A stretch of DNA of 64,000 bases, taken from a virus. Below, piece by piece: positions 26,290 through 36,207 of the stretch. The notes under the pieces are model-generated. The model was not told the DNA's origin. It worked only from the letters and a program-made list of their open reading frames with translations, and made no database searches. Both the position numbers and the translations under genes were made by a program. The number at the start of each line of letters is the position of its first letter. The stretch's first letter is position 1. The DNA lies in the IMG/VR virus record IMGVR_UViG_3300029243_000160, positions 32,001-96,000 of that record. One strand, given 5' to 3'.

Positions 26290-28863
26290 TTATTCTTCGT
26301 CTTCTTTTTCGCCATCAAACTCTTCATTTGCCTTGCGTTTGATAGCTGTTTTTCTTGCTTCATCGTTCGGGTTTGTGGACATGATGTGATACAGTTCACT
26401 ATCAGTCGGAAGCTTATAGTCAATCGGAATAATTACCGAGTTGTTGTAAATCAGACCAGTACCAGAAGGCTTATCCTTGATGTAATCAATCAGTGCATCA
26501 GAGATACCGTACAGGTTCTGGAGCTGCTGTCTGCCGATAGGAGACTGGTTCAGGAAAATGAAGAAGCCTGTGTTGTTGAACATTGCAGTACCCTGTCTGG
26601 TGGACAGCAAGTCGGCAACGTCCTGTGTGATACCTGTCATGATACCGCCGTACTTACGAACACGCTTGTAGTAAGCCATTACCGTAGAAGCAGAGCTTTC
26701 TGTTTTGAAGAAATGGTGGAACTCATCGAGGTACACCCAGATAGCCTTACCAGTGTGATACTTTTCGTTTTCCTCACGGTTCTTGACAATCTTTGTCCAG
26801 ATGTTCGACAGGCACACCTTCATTGCCATCTCTGTCATTTTTTCCGGCAGATAGAGCAGGTTGTAAATTGTCAGTCTGCTGTGTCCTTCAATGTTGGTGT
26901 GATGAGCGAATACGTTGTAGTTACCAATGCAATACTGCTCAACAGCCAGTGCAACCTTAGTGCCTTCCTGTGTACCGTCAGCCATCAGTTCGTTGTAGAA
27001 CTCAACCAGTGTCGGACAAATTTCAGTGTCCAGTTCGTCAGACTGTCCTTCTTCACAGCCATCTCTGTGTCGGCGTGTCATCTCTTCAATGTAGTCTTCA
27101 TACATACGAGTGCAGGCACGATGAATTGCATTTGTCTCATAGATGTTGCACTCTCTGCCTTTACCCAGAATAGATTCAACCAGACCTACCATGTAGTCGC
27201 ACTTTTCAGCCAGCGGAGTAGCCTTCGGGTCGTCCCATTCCATTGCCATATCGCAAGGATTGATGTGATACTGAGACTTCAATTCAAGGTCGATGGTTCT
27301 GCCACCAAAATGTTCTGCAACAACATGGTATTCGTTCTCAGGGTCGAGGATAATCATGTCATCGTTGCCATCGAGCAGGTTCGGGATAATCTCACCCTTT
27401 GTGATGAAGGACTTACCAGAACCAGACTGACCAAAGATAAGTCCGTTCGCCAGACGAGAACGCTTACGGTCGTACATAACCATGTTCTTGGAGATTGCAT
27501 TCGAGCCGTAGAAGTGTCCCTTCTTATCTGTCAGCTCCTGAATGTTGAATGGGAACAATGCACAGGCGTTATCTGATGTCAGCATACGGTCGATAATCAC
27601 TTTGCTGTTGCCACAAAGGATTGCTGTGTTCAGACCTGCGACCTGCTGCCCAATCAGATAAGAAGGAGTAACAGAATAGTCTGCACACTTTGCTGTGTAT
27701 TGAGCTGTGATATTTTTGATTTCGTCATCGTCCTTGCCGAAGATAGAAACAACCATTGTAGCGAAGAACAGCTTCTTGCCTTCGTTTACAACATCATGAC
27801 GAAGCTTACCGGCATCTTCTCTTGCCTGAATCAAATCCTCATTGATAAGGTCGGTGGAGTAACCACTCTTATACGCCTGCTGAGAAGCTTTGATAACGTC
27901 AGCCTTTACAGAAGTGTTCTGCATCTTTACAAGCTGGAGAGCCTTCTTACGAGGAACAGGCTTGAACTGAATTACCGTTACCATCTCATAAGGAAGGTTG
28001 GTTACGTTGGTAAGAAACGAAGTGTCCAGCTGCTGAGGCAGGTTTGCATAAGCGTAGCTCTTGCAGTATCTTTCATCGTCAAGCTGAATGCACTGTCTTG
28101 TCTTTGCAATTACCTGCGGTGCAATCAAGTCCTTGACAGACACACCGGATTTTCTAAGAGCAGGCAAATCGAGGGACAGCTTTTCGTTGCCTTCATCGTC
28201 TTTGTGCTTTGCAAAGTAACGCTCAAATTCCTTGTGGAACGGAACGCAGTCAGAGCCACGAAGAATCTTCTGCATTACTGCCAGACGGTCAATTGCGTCC
28301 AGCTGTTTCACGCCGACCTTGTTGATGGTCTTTACAGCTTCCTGTAAGGAAACATCTGCGGAGTTAAATTCCATCTCTGCCTGAGACAAACCGTTGGCAG
28401 TACGAATGGTAAGCATGATGTATTTTTCCTTGCTGATTTCGTTGTGACCCTCTTCGATTTTCTTGTCGATGATATGGTTATAGTCAGTACGATATTCGTC
28501 CAGACCATCGCCAGCTTCTTTCAGATGATAAGCCGCTGTGATGTCTTCCTTTGTGTTACGTTCATTGATAATGATAACGGAAATATCCACATTATCAGGG
28601 AAGCGGTTCATCAGCTTTGTGTAGTTGACCAGATAATCAACCTGTTTATCTTCCGGTTCAGTAACAAAGTTACTGTCTATCAGTTTATAAAGCTTGCTGT
28701 AGTAGTTGCCGGAAATAATGATACCGTCTTCGGTGATGTAATCGAAGTCGATAATTTCCTGTGCAGTGCGAGCAATTTTCATCGGCTTTTTTCTTGCCTT
28801 TGCAGGTGTGTTTTCTCCACCTTTGGTATTCTTCTTTGCAGGGGCTTTCTTCATAAATGCCAT
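26290..28863 (-). CDS. VirB4-family conjugative ATPase
   Basis: 857 aa. Walker A GQSGSGKSF, ILDPENEY and VYLDEFHHFF (Walker B-like). Size and position match Gram-positive VirB4 homologues. Confidence 0.85.
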   Translation of the reverse strand: MAFMKKAPAKKNTKGGENTPAKARKKPMKIARTAQEIIDFDYITEDGIIISGNYYSKLYKLIDSNFVTEPEDKQVDYLVNYTKLMNRFPDNVDISVIIINERNTKEDITAAYHLKEAGDGLDEYRTDYNHIIDKKIEEGHNEISKEKYIMLTIRTANGLSQAEMEFNSADVSLQEAVKTINKVGVKQLDAIDRLAVMQKILRGSDCVPFHKEFERYFAKHKDDEGNEKLSLDLPALRKSGVSVKDLIAPQVIAKTRQCIQLDDERYCKSYAYANLPQQLDTSFLTNVTNLPYEMVTVIQFKPVPRKKALQLVKMQNTSVKADVIKASQQAYKSGYSTDLINEDLIQAREDAGKLRHDVVNEGKKLFFATMVVSIFGKDDDEIKNITAQYTAKCADYSVTPSYLIGQQVAGLNTAILCGNSKVIIDRMLTSDNACALFPFNIQELTDKKGHFYGSNAISKNMVMYDRKRSRLANGLIFGQSGSGKSFITKGEIIPNLLDGNDDMIILDPENEYHVVAEHFGGRTIDLELKSQYHINPCDMAMEWDDPKATPLAEKCDYMVGLVESILGKGRECNIYETNAIHRACTRMYEDYIEEMTRRHRDGCEEGQSDELDTEICPTLVEFYNELMADGTQEGTKVALAVEQYCIGNYNVFAHHTNIEGHSRLTIYNLLYLPEKMTEMAMKVCLSNIWTKIVKNREENEKYHTGKAIWVYLDEFHHFFKTESSASTVMAYYKRVRKYGGIMTGITQDVADLLSTRQGTAMFNNTGFFIFLNQSPIGRQQLQNLYGISDALIDYIKDKPSGTGLIYNNSVIIPIDYKLPTDSELYHIMSTNPNDEARKTAIKRKANEEFDGEKEDEE

Positions 28864-28881
28864 TGCAGTTTCTCCTTTCGG

Positions 28882-30228
28882 TTATGCTTTTTCCTGTGCT
28901 TGTTCCTGTGAATCGTTTGCTTTTTCCTTTTCATCTTCCAGATGAATGAAGTAAGATGCTTCAATGTGATTCTTTTCCAGAATTGCACGAGCAAGGTCGT
29001 ATTCATCGGTTTCCATTTTGTCCATGTAAACACGGCGACCTTTGCAGTCCATAGCTTTCAGTTGGTGTTCCAGCAGAATCAGATTTTCCATCGTTTCCTT
29101 TGGACTATCTGTCTTAATGAAAACCAAACTTCTTTTGCTGGTTCTGGACGGTCGAACCGTGATAGGTCTGGACGAGGAACGTGCAAACGATGCTTGTCTT
29201 TCCGAATCCATGTCTTCGTCCAAAAACTTTTGCTGAGGCAAAGAACGTGGAGCTTGATTCGGAAGTTCGATGATGACGATTGCATCATCTTCTATCTCAG
29301 CGTCCACAAGTGAACCGCTGTAGAAATTCACTGGAGTTGCTTTTGCAGGAACATATTTCTTTGCCTGCATTGCAACAAGTTCGTCTTTTTTCCACGAGTA
29401 CCCTTGTCTGGTAATCAGACTTTTTAGAACGTCATTCTGATTTTCAAGGTCTGCAATTCTTTGCAGCAACGGATAAATTCCGATGTCGTTTTTTTCAATT
29501 CCATAATTCTTTGCAACTGTCAGCATAGAGTTCAGTTCTTTTGCCAGATGCTCCTTCTGCTCTTCCATTTGTCCGATTTGTTTTTTCAGACTTTCGACTT
29601 TCATCTGGAGAACAGTTTTGTTGCCACCGTTCGTTGCACCGTTCAAAATTTCTGTCTTATATCCCAGATAGCTTTGAACATAATCACTCAGTCGCTGGTG
29701 CATCGTTGAAAGATATTTTCGGGAAATCAAATCCTTGCAGCAGATTCTTTCGGTCGGCATTTCACCGCCGTGGTTTGCCTTCCAATCTTCCAGCGACTTC
29801 AAGCATTCATTGCTTGTGAACTGTGGCTGCTCACCTTTCAACACTGGAACAAAATCCAAGTGCATATGCGGTGTCGTTTCATCTTTGTGAACAACTGCAT
29901 TGACAATGTTTTCTTCTCCAAGGTCATTGCAATAAAAATCATAAACGGCTTGAAAAAAATCTCTTTCATCTTCGTCTTTGACATCTTTCGGGAGTGTCAC
30001 AACGAACTCTCCAACCACAGTTGTGTTGTTTCGTTTTTTTGCGATAAACACTTCTGACAATCGCTCCTTGACATCTTCCGGTGTCCCTTTTTTGAAGTGA
30101 TAGTTTTGGTAAGTTCGTTCATTGTCGATGGATTCATTGCTGTGTACAACGCCGTCATTTTGCATACGGTTGTTGTGTAAGAACAGTCGTCCAATGCTGG
30201 CAGGCGAGTATTTACTGAATTGTGCCAT
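28882..30228 (-). CDS. MOBV-family relaxase (Mob/Pre plasmid recombination enzyme)
   Basis: The N-terminal domain has the HxDExxPHxH signature (VVHKDETTPHMHLDFVP). A coiled-coil C-terminal half follows. Confidence 0.8.
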   Translation of the reverse strand: MAQFSKYSPASIGRLFLHNNRMQNDGVVHSNESIDNERTYQNYHFKKGTPEDVKERLSEVFIAKKRNNTTVVGEFVVTLPKDVKDEDERDFFQAVYDFYCNDLGEENIVNAVVHKDETTPHMHLDFVPVLKGEQPQFTSNECLKSLEDWKANHGGEMPTERICCKDLISRKYLSTMHQRLSDYVQSYLGYKTEILNGATNGGNKTVLQMKVESLKKQIGQMEEQKEHLAKELNSMLTVAKNYGIEKNDIGIYPLLQRIADLENQNDVLKSLITRQGYSWKKDELVAMQAKKYVPAKATPVNFYSGSLVDAEIEDDAIVIIELPNQAPRSLPQQKFLDEDMDSERQASFARSSSRPITVRPSRTSKRSLVFIKTDSPKETMENLILLEHQLKAMDCKGRRVYMDKMETDEYDLARAILEKNHIEASYFIHLEDEKEKANDSQEQAQEKA

Positions 30229-30278
30229 TCGGTCTGCTTACCGCCTTTCCGCAGGTATATATCTATACCCTCTACCCT

Positions 30279-30304
30279 CTATATGTAAGGTTTAAGGGAA
30301 AAAC
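30279..30304 (-). promoter_or_regulatory. 26-nt transfer-module motif, copy C
   Basis: Minus strand GTTTTTCCCTTAAACCTTACATATAGAGGGTAGAGGG, 50 nt upstream of the relaxase ATG. Confidence 0.55.
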
Positions 30305-30456
30305 AGCATCGTACTGCCCTATATTTTTAATATGTATGTATCTTGACATGAAAGGGGTATGTAAAACGGAATGTTTTTGGTGGTTTCTACATAGGTACAG
30401 GTATAGCAAGGTATACTTAAAGCTGCTTTCAGGCTGTCCTCGGAGAAAAGAAAGCA

Positions 30457-30496
30457 CAAAAAAGGGAACAGGTGAATTTTTCCTGTTCCCTTTTTC
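30457..30496 (-). terminator. Rho-independent terminator (bidirectional geometry)
   Basis: GGGAACAGG...CCTGTTCCC 9-bp stem, flanked by an A-run and a T-run. Confidence 0.7.
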
Positions 30497-30516
30497 TGTC
30501 GGACTGTATTCCGTAT

Positions 30517-30891
30517 TCAGCAAGCTCGTTCCTGATGTGCTTTCAGCCGTTCCACGTCATCACGCAGAGCCATGACCGCTTCTCTTAGCAACTTGTTTTC
30601 TTGTTTCAGCAACGTGTTCTGCTGTTTGACCAGACGCTTTTCTTCACGATTTCTTTTCCGAAAATTCTTCTGCCGGATTGCTGTTTGCTCCCGAATAATT
30701 TTCTCTCGACAGCTCGGACAACACTCCTGCTTTATCAGCTTATACCAGTTGGTATCTGTTTCACAGCCGATGTACGTTCCACACTGTGTACAGTAGCTGT
30801 AAATGACACCGTTGACTTTGCAAAGAGCAGGATTGTTGAAGTCGTAATCAATCTCATATCCATTGTCTGGGTACTGCTTCAACTGGCTCAT
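30517..30891 (-). CDS. Zinc-ribbon plus coiled-coil protein (124 aa)
   Basis: CTQCG...CCPSC four-Cys cluster followed by a basic, heptad-like segment. Confidence 0.5.
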   Translation of the reverse strand: MSQLKQYPDNGYEIDYDFNNPALCKVNGVIYSYCTQCGTYIGCETDTNWYKLIKQECCPSCREKIIREQTAIRQKNFRKRNREEKRLVKQQNTLLKQENKLLREAVMALRDDVERLKAHQERAC

Positions 30892-31351
30892 CTTCGCACT
30901 CCCCTTCCGTTTTAATTTCTTCTGAATCTGGCGGTTCTTCTTCCCTTTGCGTTACTGTTTCCGTTATGCCGTTACGTCTTAAATCGCACAAAAGGTCGAT
31001 GTCAGAAACAATCTCCGAGCGAAGCTTTTCTCGTTCCTCAACAGCCATATCAGTAAAGTGATTTGCTGTTTCATTCAGTGTGAATGTGTACCCTTCTTTA
31101 TTCTCGGCACTGCTCCAAACACACTTGATGTTTTGCTCGTGTTCATCATCGCACAACTGAGATGATGTGAGTAAATCTTCAATGCTTTTCAAACGATTCT
31201 GATTCAGATTCAGTCGTTCAATGATACTCATTGCCTGAACAAAATCAAGTGGCGGATATTCTTTTTCTGTCCGAAAAAATTTATACCAAACAAAGATGCC
31301 GAGAGGGATTCCATACACACAAATCACAATCAAAAAATCGTGCAGTGACAT
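30854..31351 (-). CDS. Membrane-anchored hypothetical protein (165 aa)
   Basis: N-terminal TM helix and acidic C-terminus. Confidence 0.5.
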   Translation of the reverse strand: MSLHDFLIVICVYGIPLGIFVWYKFFRTEKEYPPLDFVQAMSIIERLNLNQNRLKSIEDLLTSSQLCDDEHEQNIKCVWSSAENKEGYTFTLNETANHFTDMAVEEREKLRSEIVSDIDLLCDLRRNGITETVTQREEEPPDSEEIKTEGECEDEPVEAVPRQWI

Positions 31352-31375
31352 GAATGTCTCCTTTCAGATTTCACA

Positions 31376-31415
31376 TAAAGAAAACAGGGCATCGCTTTGA
31401 TTCTGCAACGCCCTG
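31376..31415 (-). terminator. Rho-independent terminator after the HU gene
   Basis: Minus strand CAGGGC...(19-nt loop)...GCCCTG followed by TTTTCTTTAT. Confidence 0.5.
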
Positions 31416-31451
31416 CTCTTTCACTTTGTTATTTTCTTTATGCAGTTGTGG

Positions 31452-31736
31452 TTAGGCGTTGTGAGATGCAACCTTTTCCTTGAAAATAGTCCCAGCATTG
31501 AACTTCGGAACAATCTTTTCCGGAACTTCAATCGTTTCATTGGTATACATATTGGTAGCAGTTCGTGCTGCTCTCTTGACAGGTGTGAATGTGCCGAAGC
31601 CAACAAAAGTAATCTTGTCACCACTGGCGACACACTCTTCAATTTCTTCCAGAAAAGTATTGATGACAGCCTCGGTCTGAACCTTAGTCATGTTGTTCTT
31701 CTCTGCTACCTTGCGAATCATTTCTTTCTTGTTCAT
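31452..31736 (-). CDS. HU/IHF-family DNA-binding protein
   Basis: MNKKEMIRKVAEK...GDKITFVGFGTFTPVKRAARTATN...VPKFNAG is the classic HU pattern. Start set at the ATG with AAGGAG 9 nt upstream. Confidence 0.85.
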   Translation of the reverse strand: MNKKEMIRKVAEKNNMTKVQTEAVINTFLEEIEECVASGDKITFVGFGTFTPVKRAARTATNMYTNETIEVPEKIVPKFNAGTIFKEKVASHNA

Positions 31737-31806
31737 TTTGAAAAACTCCTTCATGAAAATTATAATTTATAAGAGCCACGATAATTTTTTGTGGCAGTTA
31801 TTACGT

Positions 31807-33993
31807 TTACTTTTTACCCCAGCCAGATGATTTTCCCCAGCCGGAAGAACCGCTTGACGGTTTGGAATTGCCCCAGCTGTTTCCAGAACTCTTTGCTTTT
31901 TCGGAAGATTTTCCGGCAGCAGTTTTCTTCTGAGGCGTGTCCACAAACTCAAAGGTTGTTTTGTGATTTTGCTTATCCAAAAGCAGTCTTGCCTTGAAAC
32001 TTTTTCCTGCCTTAGACTTGAAAGTGTACGCTTTGGTTTTGCCTTTGGCAATCAAATCTGCAAGGTCAGTTTCTTTCATTTTGTGTCCGCAGATTTCCAG
32101 CCCGAATGAGAACTTACAGTCACAATACCAACCGTATCTTCCGAACTTCAACTGCTTGCCACAAGCAGGGCAATCGTATGTGTTGCTCGAACCACTCTTG
32201 CCAAATCCGGCAAGATTTTCTTTGTTGCCGGAAATAATTTTCTTGGTCGTGTCAGCCACATACTGATTGACGATTTCCATGTACTCCGGAAACGCAAGCT
32301 CTCCAGATGCAACTGCATTCAGCTTTGCTTCCATGTCTGCCGTTTTCAAAGGACTGATAAGAGCTTCATCGTATCGTTCTACAATCGGAATGACTGCCTT
32401 ACCGAACTCAGTTGGAGAAACTTTCTGCTTTTTGTCAACATCAATAAAGCCTTTGTCCTGTAGCTTCTCGATGATGGCAGCTCTGGTTGCCGATGTGCCA
32501 ATGCCACAAGTCTTAATCTGCTCTCGAAGTTCTTCATCTTCAATCAGCTTTCCGGCTTTTTCCATTGCCATGACAAGTGTACCAGTCGTGTAAGCAACAG
32601 GTGGTTTTGTTTCCAGATTTCTGAGTGTAAATATTGCCGGAATCGTGTTGCCTTTTAACGGAACTTCTCTGTCTGCCACATCTTCTTCATTGACAGATTC
32701 CTTGAATCCAGTCTGCTTGATTTTTCGGAATGAATCGAAGAATCGTTCTTTGTTGGAATGCAGATATGTGATAGAAACTGCATCATAGACAAACGGTGGT
32801 TTCATCGTGTCCATGAAGCGTTTAAGAACTGCCTGATACACTTTTTCTTCCAGTCCGGACAGCATCGAAGCATTTCCGTGAAAGGTCGGAATGATAGCAT
32901 AGTGGTCTGTCACTTTGCTGTCATCAATGTATCTCTGAGGAACATTGTACCCCTTTGATTTCAGTTCAACAGCAACCGCAGATGAAAGGAAACGGCAATC
33001 TGTTCGGGGATAGGTTGTAAACTTTTTCTCGTAAAGGCTCTGAGCAATCGACAGTGCGTTTGCCGGAGAAATTTTGTAAGTCTTTGAACAATACGCCTGC
33101 AAGTCTGCAAGGTTGAACAGATACGGTGCATACTCTGTCTTCTGCTGCACCTTTACATCTTCGACTGTCAGCTTCTGGTCTTGCATCAGTTCAGTAACCA
33201 GAGCATCTGCTTTTTCCTTTTTCAGAAAACCGTTTTCATTGTACAGGTCGTCACTCTCAAAAAAGCGACTTCTCTTTTCTGCTTTCCAGAAGATATTTTC
33301 TCCAGCCTTGATTCCATAGTAGTAGGTCTTCGTGAAATTTTCAATTTCTTTCTGACGCTGCACAATCATTGCCAGCGTTGGTGTCATAACACGACCTGTA
33401 TTGAGTGTCTTGCCACTGGTCAATGTAAACGCTTCTGTGAAATTCATTCCAATCAGCCAGTCTGACATTGCTCGTGCGTAACCGCTGTCAACCATATGCT
33501 GATAGCTGTTGTATGGCTTTGCATCTCGGATTCCACCCAGAATTGATTCTTCTGTGTAACTGTCAATCCAAACAACACGTTCATCAAGCTTCGGTGCAGT
33601 CTTAAAAATCTGATTTCGGATAAGAGCCTGAATGTAGATTCCTTCTCGTCCGCTATCACCTGCGTAGTAAATTGCACCAACATCTTTTCTGGTGTACAGT
33701 GACTTTACAATCTTGAACTGCTTGTATGTAGATTTCTGTGGTTCATACTTGAACTGCTGAGGAATCATCGGCAGTTTATCCGTACTCCATCTACCACCCC
33801 ATTCCGGATTTTGCTCTTCCGGAGAAGAAATGCCAATCAAGTGACCAACTGCCCATGTGATAATGACATCTTTTTTCAGAACAGGGGAATAGCCTTCGAT
33901 ATAACCGTCCGTTTTCTCGTGGCTCTGAATCTGTAACACTTTACGATATTCCTGAGCAACAGACGGCTTTTCCGTAATAAAAATCGTTTTCAT
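31807..33993 (-). CDS. Type IA DNA topoisomerase (TopB/Topo III-like) with C-terminal zinc ribbon
   Basis: Toprim start MKTIFITEKPS, DSGREG, active-site TYPRTDCRFL, and YDCPACGKQ...WYCDC zinc ribbon. Confidence 0.9.
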   Translation of the reverse strand: MKTIFITEKPSVAQEYRKVLQIQSHEKTDGYIEGYSPVLKKDVIITWAVGHLIGISSPEEQNPEWGGRWSTDKLPMIPQQFKYEPQKSTYKQFKIVKSLYTRKDVGAIYYAGDSGREGIYIQALIRNQIFKTAPKLDERVVWIDSYTEESILGGIRDAKPYNSYQHMVDSGYARAMSDWLIGMNFTEAFTLTSGKTLNTGRVMTPTLAMIVQRQKEIENFTKTYYYGIKAGENIFWKAEKRSRFFESDDLYNENGFLKKEKADALVTELMQDQKLTVEDVKVQQKTEYAPYLFNLADLQAYCSKTYKISPANALSIAQSLYEKKFTTYPRTDCRFLSSAVAVELKSKGYNVPQRYIDDSKVTDHYAIIPTFHGNASMLSGLEEKVYQAVLKRFMDTMKPPFVYDAVSITYLHSNKERFFDSFRKIKQTGFKESVNEEDVADREVPLKGNTIPAIFTLRNLETKPPVAYTTGTLVMAMEKAGKLIEDEELREQIKTCGIGTSATRAAIIEKLQDKGFIDVDKKQKVSPTEFGKAVIPIVERYDEALISPLKTADMEAKLNAVASGELAFPEYMEIVNQYVADTTKKIISGNKENLAGFGKSGSSNTYDCPACGKQLKFGRYGWYCDCKFSFGLEICGHKMKETDLADLIAKGKTKAYTFKSKAGKSFKARLLLDKQNHKTTFEFVDTPQKKTAAGKSSEKAKSSGNSWGNSKPSSGSSGWGKSSGWGKK

Positions 33994-34361
33994 TCTTCCG
34001 TATTCCTTTCTGCGATTTTTTCAAGTTCAGCAACACAGTCCAAGTATGGCTTGTGTTGTTTTTTCTGAACTTCCGGTTTTTTTTCTGTCGGCGTATCTTT
34101 GGAAAGCACGTCCCACTTTTCCTGCACATTTTCAAAGAAATGCACGAACTTATCCAGTGCTTCTTTGTTGCAGAAATGCAGTGTTGACCATTGCCCTTCA
34201 ATATCTGCTAAGTCAATTTTTGCATCGTCTTCTTCTGCTCCGGCATACTCACAAATCGCCACACTGATACCGCCAAGCATTTTGTTGTGATACCCGACAA
34301 GGCATTTCTTGTGTCCTTTGACACCAAACAGAATCATCGTTGGATATGTTTTTCTGCTCAT
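33990..34361 (-). CDS. Hypothetical protein (123 aa)
   Basis: 4-nt overlaps with both neighbours. No motif recognised. Confidence 0.5.
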   Translation of the reverse strand: MSRKTYPTMILFGVKGHKKCLVGYHNKMLGGISVAICEYAGAEEDDAKIDLADIEGQWSTLHFCNKEALDKFVHFFENVQEKWDVLSKDTPTEKKPEVQKKQHKPYLDCVAELEKIAERNTEE

Positions 34362-34777
34362 TCGTCCACCTCGTCTTCGTCATACTCTTCATATTCATCG
34401 AAGTCACCGAGTTCGTGTTCCAGATTCTCCAGAAACTGTCCGTACTCCTGCTTTCTCTGCTTACGGTCTTTTGATGACATTTTTGTCATATCAGCTCTCT
34501 GGAGCAATTCGTTCCGGTCTGTGTCATCATCTTCTTCTGCAAAACCGTTGATAATGTCGTCAAGCTTTTCTTCTTTTCTTTTGTGTCTGATATACAGCCA
34601 GATAGAAACGCCCATACAGGCAAAGAAAATGATTGCGAACAGCCAAAGTTGTCGGATTCTCAACAAACAAAGTACGCCAATAATGCCATACAGAATTGCC
34701 TGTTTCAAATTGCTGGAAGAACGAACTGTTTTCGGCTTATACCGATTTCTGTTTTCGATAGGATTATCAAAAAACAA
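34358..34777 (-). CDS. Membrane protein with acidic tail (139 aa)
   Basis: Two hydrophobic helices followed by an Asp/Glu-rich C-terminus. Confidence 0.5.
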   Translation of the reverse strand: MFFDNPIENRNRYKPKTVRSSSNLKQAILYGIIGVLCLLRIRQLWLFAIIFFACMGVSIWLYIRHKRKEEKLDDIINGFAEEDDDTDRNELLQRADMTKMSSKDRKQRKQEYGQFLENLEHELGDFDEYEEYDEDEVDE

Positions 34778-34798
34778 CTTTTTCTCTCCTTTCTACGC

Positions 34799-35152
34799 TT
34801 AAAACGGAAGCTCTCCCTCTGAGATGATTTCTTCAAAATCCCCAAGGTTTCCAAGTTCGGAAAGCTGCTGTTCCGTAAGCTGATTGTTTTTCGCAGGGCT
34901 TTGTGCAACTGGCTTCCAACCGGAAACCGCATTTGTTTGTTTTGGCTTTCCCCAGCTGGAAGGCTTTTCAGCAGCTGGTGCAGAAGTTGTCGAAGGCGTT
35001 GAAGCTTTTGCAGGCTGTGCCTTGCTCGCTCCATTTACCCACGCTGAAACACGCTGGGCGTTTTTTGCTTTCTTTATGATGTCCTGCTCTGATGCAGACG
35101 GATTCTCAATTGTGATAATTGTTGCTCCGTCTTTTTCTGTAATTGTCAACAT
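34799..35152 (-). CDS. Small protein ending in an SSB-C-terminal-tip-like peptide
   Basis: 117 aa, RBS AAGGAGAG. A low-complexity Pro/Ala/Ser linker ends in DFEEIISEGELPF, resembling the acidic ...D(I/L)PF tip of bacterial SSBs. No obvious OB-fold. Confidence 0.5.
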   Translation of the reverse strand: MLTITEKDGATIITIENPSASEQDIIKKAKNAQRVSAWVNGASKAQPAKASTPSTTSAPAAEKPSSWGKPKQTNAVSGWKPVAQSPAKNNQLTEQQLSELGNLGDFEEIISEGELPF

Positions 35153-35164
35153 TTACATCTCTCC

Positions 35165-35506
35165 TTATGCTTTGAAGCATCTGTTGCGGTCGATGGTGAA
35201 ACGGCTTGTGTTCCCAACTTTTCCGATTGTCACAAGGTCGGTGTATCGCTCTCGGAACAACCGAATTGCTCGTGCTACAGAAGCTTTTGAGTAATGCAGT
35301 GCCTGTGCAATCGTGTCAAGACTGCATACAAGCTCGTTTTCATCGTCCATTTTGGAAATAATGAATGCCAGTACCATGCCTTCCCTTGTGTCATTCATCA
35401 GCAACTCTTCATAGCGTTCCTGATAACCATGCTCCATGATAAGAGCATTCTCGTACTGCCGTTCCTGAAATGTCCCATCTGGAAGCAATATCCGATTATT
35501 TTTCAT
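35165..35506 (-). CDS. RepL-like winged-helix protein (paralogue 2)
   Basis: Start set at the ATG with RBS GGGGTGA. ...VCSLDTIAQALHYSKASVARAIRLFRE...VTIGKVGNTSRFTIDRN matches the wHTH layout of the adjacent RepL-like protein. Confidence 0.45.
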   Translation of the reverse strand: MKNNRILLPDGTFQERQYENALIMEHGYQERYEELLMNDTREGMVLAFIISKMDDENELVCSLDTIAQALHYSKASVARAIRLFRERYTDLVTIGKVGNTSRFTIDRNRCFKA

Positions 35507-35984
35507 CGTTATCACCCCATTCTTTCTTTGTAAGGATAATGTTTCCTTCAAACTCACAATACTGTACCTGATTTCCTTTGCCTTTCCACACTACATCAGG
35601 ATTGAGCAAGTACACGCTTGCACCGCCGCTTCTCTTGATTTGCAGAATGTTTTCTGATTCTAGCAAAGAGATTGCTCTCCTTACCGAAGACTTGGAAACA
35701 CCAAAGTATTCCATGAAAAACTGATAAGAAGTGACCAGTGCGTTTTTCTGATTCATCTTCTTCACAATCAAAAGATAAATTCTTGTTGCCAACGGAGAAT
35801 CTGCAATCTTCATCAGAACATCAAGCCTGTCAATGTTCTGCTGTGCAAATCTGCTGTATGCAGACTTTTCAGCTTGCTTTCTTTTTCGCATTTCTTCCTT
35901 TTCAGTTTCTCTCAGATACCGTTCTCGTTGCTCGAAAGTCATGTCAAAATCCTTTGTCTTTCCGACTGTGATTTCTTCTGCCAT
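35496..35984 (-). CDS. RepL-family plasmid replication/maintenance protein
   Basis: 162 aa. ...LLIVKKMNQKNALVTSYQFFMEYFGVSKSSVRRAISLLESENILQIKRSGGASVYLLNPDVVWKG parallels the firmicute RepL (pSN2-type) core as recalled. It lies next to the iterons. Confidence 0.6.
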   Translation of the reverse strand: MAEEITVGKTKDFDMTFEQRERYLRETEKEEMRKRKQAEKSAYSRFAQQNIDRLDVLMKIADSPLATRIYLLIVKKMNQKNALVTSYQFFMEYFGVSKSSVRRAISLLESENILQIKRSGGASVYLLNPDVVWKGKGNQVQYCEFEGNIILTKKEWGDNDEK

Positions 35985-36044
35985 GCCATTTCTCCCTTGT
36001 ATCTATATGTCAGAGATGACAAACATCTGTTCACCTCTGATATT

Positions 36045-36073
36045 ATTATAGCATAGCAGTGTACATTTGTCAA
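36045..36073 (-). promoter_or_regulatory. Consensus sigma-70 promoter for the RepL-like genes
   Basis: Minus strand TTGACA (36068-36073), 17 nt, TATAAT (36045-36050). Confidence 0.7.
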
Positions 36074-36081
36074 CTGTTAAT

Positions 36082-36099
36082 CTGTATAATATCCGTTAT
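36082..36099 (-). promoter_or_regulatory. ATAACGGATAT-type motif, copy b
   Basis: Minus strand ATAACGGATATTATACAGATTAA, 3 nt upstream of the -35 box. Confidence 0.6.
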
Positions 36100-36168
36100 C
36101 ATTGATGAATCCATTTTTGTACACTATGACTATTGACTTTTCTGAAAAAATCGCTACACCCACAAGTA

Positions 36169-36207
36169 AGTAGTCACAGTATGAACACGTTAGTAGTCAC
36201 AGTATGA
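36169..36207 (+). repeat. Pair of 16-nt direct repeats
   Basis: AGTAGTCACAGTATGA at 36169-36184 and at 36192-36207, 23-bp register. Confidence 0.8.

Noticed and set aside
26272-27576. 434-aa plus-strand ORF.
   Set aside because: It lies entirely antisense to the well-supported VirB4-like gene and has a Cys/Val/Leu-rich, low-information composition. It is a typical shadow ORF.
30229-30456. oriT/nic site upstream of the MOBV relaxase gene.
   Set aside because: The region has short direct repeats (TATACCT twice). I found no convincing inverted repeat plus GTGTG-type nick motif as in pMV158-type oriTs, so its position is left open.
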